A DNA stretch of 64,000 bases. Origin: Chiloscyllium plagiosum (taxonomy: Eukaryota). Shown one piece after another: positions 60,750-64,000 of this stretch. The stretch spans positions 63,510,602 through 63,574,601 of the forward strand of contig NC_057719.1 in NCBI RefSeq assembly GCF_004010195.1. The letters are read 5' to 3'. Below the pieces are notes generated by a model that ran no database searches, was not told the DNA's origin, and saw only the letters and a program-made list of their open reading frames with translations. Positions within the stretch are counted from its first letter, which is position 1. Every line of letters begins with the position of its first letter. Made by a program: the position numbers and the translations under genes.

Positions 60750-62120
60750 ACTGGGGAGAAAACAGGACCACAGGAGCAACACTGGACCATCCATCCTCTT
60801 GAGCATGTACTGCAATTCAGTTAGGTTACTGACTTTTACCTCAACTCCATTTGCTTGTGTTTGCTACACTTTCTTTGATATCTTTACTAAGCAATCCCGT
60901 TGTAAATTTCGATTTAGCAAGCATCAAAGTCTTTTGCCAGACAGACTTCAGATTACATCTGGCTTTGTGTGAAAAGTGGTTTCAGTTTTCATACCTGAAT
61001 AGCCTTGCTCCAAGTGTAATATTATTTCCACATAGCTCAGGATATCCAACTGAATCTTTTAATCATTTTAACATCTTAATATATCATGCTTCAGTTTTAT
61101 ACTCAAGGGAAGATCATATTCTCAAAATTTAACTTTTTATACCTTGGTATTATTCTCCGCTATGTCCCCTCAAAGAACAATTTACATCTTTCTTGAGATG
61201 CAGAACTGAAAACTAAACTTAGTCCTCCAGCTGGGCTCTCACCTAGGCTCTGTAGAGCTAAAGCATTCCTTGCTTATTTTATATTACAATTTGTTTGAGA
61301 TAGAGACCACGTATCCAGTCACCTTTTTACTTACCTCCCCTCCCTGTCCACTAACTTTCAATGATTTGGAAACATGACATCTTAATATCATAGTCTATTC
61401 ACAGCATTGAGAAAATATTTGGGTTTAACTTTCTCAGTTCCTAAGTGGTTAACCCTATCTGTCCCAAAGTTGAATTCCATCTGTGATAGTTTTGCCAACA
61501 TTCTATTTCCTTTTACAGCTCCCTCCATACATCTACTGTGCCTTGTATTGTAGAACATTAAGTATCCAACTCCTTTATTTCTTTATCCAAGTCGGTAGTA
61601 TGGTGAAGAGCCAAGTTTCCAGTACAGATCTCTGGTAAACACTATTTTTCATACCCTACGAGTCAAATGCTGTTTTGTCTACCACTACTTAATATTTCCT
61701 ATCTCCTGCTCAGTTTGCAACCCATGTTGTACCTCTACTTCCATGTGTTTTCACTTTTGACAATCTTAGATACAGAACTTTAACAGAAGTTCATGAAGGA
61801 AATAGTTATAGAGATTAACTTATCCATCATTTTTGTGACCTTCTCAAAAGAAATTCAATGAAGAGCTACTATTTATCTATCAATGCTGATGCTTTTGATC
61901 AGTTGATATATATTCAGCTGTTCAATCTTTCCTTCTGATATATTCCAGTTATGCACAAATTAAACTACTGAATTGTATTTGCCTATTTTCATTCCCTCCT
62001 TCTTTTCTAAATTGCAGAGTAGCATTGCCATTTTTTCTATCCAAAGGTGTAACACTGAATCTAGAGGTCTTTGCAATATAGCATTTCAAACTTCCTCACT
62101 CATTTCACATAACAACTTAG
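60750..62120 (-). mobile_element. Very old CR1 remnants
   Basis: 'tagtcctccagctgggctctcacctaggctctgtag' (antisense of LY.ALVRPHLEY) and 'ttgaattccatctg' (antisense of QMEFN). Confidence 0.5.
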
Positions 62121-62564
62121 AATGAAAGCAATATAATGTTTTTATCGAGATCCAAACAGAGGTGCAGAAGAATTGACATGGGCTCTGGAGCTCAAAACAA
62201 GCTCTCACAGTTAGGAGAAGCAAGTGAGATTGGGGATAGATTGGTAATTTGCAGTGTCGGAGGGTGCAACTGAAATGGTTGAGAATCGTCTTGAAAGGGA
62301 AATGGCTTGCATGGGCAGTAAGAAAGGAATTTGAGTGGTTAAACAGGATTGAAGATCAGGAGGATGAGTCTTTTCCATGCAATGAGGTTAGAAAGGGCAT
62401 GAAGAGTTCAAGTGGAAATTCAAGCAAGAGGATTTGCAGCTGGATGATCAACTTTGGCGAGAGACTTTACAATTGTGGGCAAGAAGAAGAATCAGCAAAC
62501 TGGTTGAATTATTGTGAAGAAGGAAACTGAACTTTGCATATGATCTTCCTCATTTTAGGTTGGA

Positions 62565-62893
62565 GGTGCAACGGTGGCTCAGTGATTAGCACTGCTGCCT
62601 CACAGTGCCAGGGACCTGGGTTCAATTCCAGACTCCGCTAACTGTCTGTGTGGAGTTTGCACATTCTTCCCATGTCTGCGAGTTTCCTCTGGGTGCTCTG
62701 GTTTCCTCTCACAATCCAGAGATATGCAGGTTAGGTGAATTGGCCAGGCTAAATTGCCCATAGTTTTGAGTGCATTAGTCAGGGGTAAATATAGGGTAGG
62801 GGAATGGGTCTTGGTGGGTTACTGTTCAGAGGGTTGCTGTGGACTTGTTGGGCCAAATGGCCTGTTTCTATACTGTAGGGAATCTAATCTAAT
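62565..62893 (+). mobile_element. HE1-type tRNA-derived SINE, full length
   Basis: A box TGGCTCAGTGATTAG, B box GGTTCAATTCC (62619-62629) and tail GGCCTGTTTCTATACTGTAGGG(AATCT)n. Confidence 0.92.
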
Positions 62894-64000
62894 ATAAAGG
62901 TAAGCTAACACACATTATGTATTGGATAACATTTCAGTGGGGGGAGATCAAATTTCTTGTAACCTTATAGAACTCTTGCCTGATAGCTATTGTTGGTTTG
63001 AGCTAAACAGAAGAGCAACAAATACTTTATTAATGCTTATAGTCCGGGAAGTCTTCTGGCACGATGATAGAGTCCCTACCTCTGGACCAGAAGTTCTTGG
63101 GTAAAATCGTGGACTGGGACTTGTAAGCTCTGAAAGAATGTTAATGATGTGTTTGTTTTAACAAGTTGGGATTCCTTCCTCTCTTTCCCCACTGAAATCT
63201 GCAAAAAAAGGAGGAGAAGAGGAGAGCGATAGTGTGTATGTGTAAATACAATTTAAAAATTAAATTGCTGAGTACTGTGAGTGTTTGCAAAACATGAAGT
63301 CTTGCTTCATAAAGGCCAAAGTGTTACTTGCAAATGAACTGTATCCTCCCTTCACAAGACTTAATTGTGATGCAAGAAGAACAAATATAAATGAAGTTCC
63401 ATTCATCATCTCAAATCATTGCTATGTAATTTTCAGCTCAATAACGTTTTTTACACTCCCGTTAATTACTTTTCTCTCCATTTGCTCTCCCAATTTTATA
63501 AAATACAATTTATTTGATAGTTATCAATATATGCCTTACTAATACTGTACACGTAAAATTATTATTTTATAACTTTTATCAATACCAAAATAAATGTTGA
63601 GTTTCATGATCATTGAGAAATTAATTTAGATTTTGACAGTAGAGAATCACAATTAACATTCTTTGGTGAAGTAGTCGTAATTGTTAAATTACTGTGAATT
63701 TATGATTATCTCCATGACTGCTAACTACCCCAACTTGGTTTTACTTCAGCACACTCCAAACATTACACTTAACCATTATGATCTGGAATATTTGGCAGAC
63801 CTCTTCTTGGCTTGCAAATTCAAAACACATCCTTTTTGAATAAGTGTCCTTGAAATGGATCTTGAGGAGAAAAAACTCAAAAGGCATTAGAACAGTTTTA
63901 ATCTTCCTCATATCTTTTAAAGGGAGTTCTTTTCACAAAAGTAATATTTTTCAGATGAGATGTGATTGTTTTGCAATCAACCAGCATTTATTTTGCATGA

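Noticed and set aside
62565-62635. tRNA genes at the A/B-box motifs (also 43770-43827, 46736-46800, 16800-16885, 39258-39330)
   Set aside because: They continue into SINE bodies and LINE-derived tails, and I could not fold a full cloverleaf.
63079-63198. Minus-strand candidate exon with a strong pyrimidine tract and one open frame
   Set aside because: The peptide is unrecognisable, the donor end overlaps a degenerate SINE-like head, and no partner exons were found.

Overview
AT-rich, repeat-dense vertebrate DNA with no host protein-coding gene I can call confidently, so probably an intron or intergenic region. The repeat families (HE1-type tRNA SINEs with (AGATT)n tails, CR1 LINEs, Penelope-like terminal repeats, Deu-domain SINEs) point to a shark, possibly a carpet/bamboo shark (inference). 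Main results: (1) A 5'-truncated endogenous retrovirus on the minus strand (25738-28797) with a class I (epsilon/gamma-like) integrase, a decayed env, a polypurine tract and a 3' LTR. Its env TM subunit has a Cys-bounded internal fusion loop and aligns without gaps to filovirus GP2 as I recall it ('LICGL...ELR...CX6C'). (2) Several young Penelope-like insertions carry minimal hammerhead ribozyme cores. One forms a perfect 95-bp inverted repeat and another has a templated-insertion junction. (3) Two solo LTR-like elements, one with an atypical 8-bp target duplication. (4) A displaced golgin-like pseudo-exon. (5) A tRNA-derived SINE head fused to a LINE endonuclease. Boundaries of old repeats are approximate, family names come from recalled consensus motifs, and no database searches were run.
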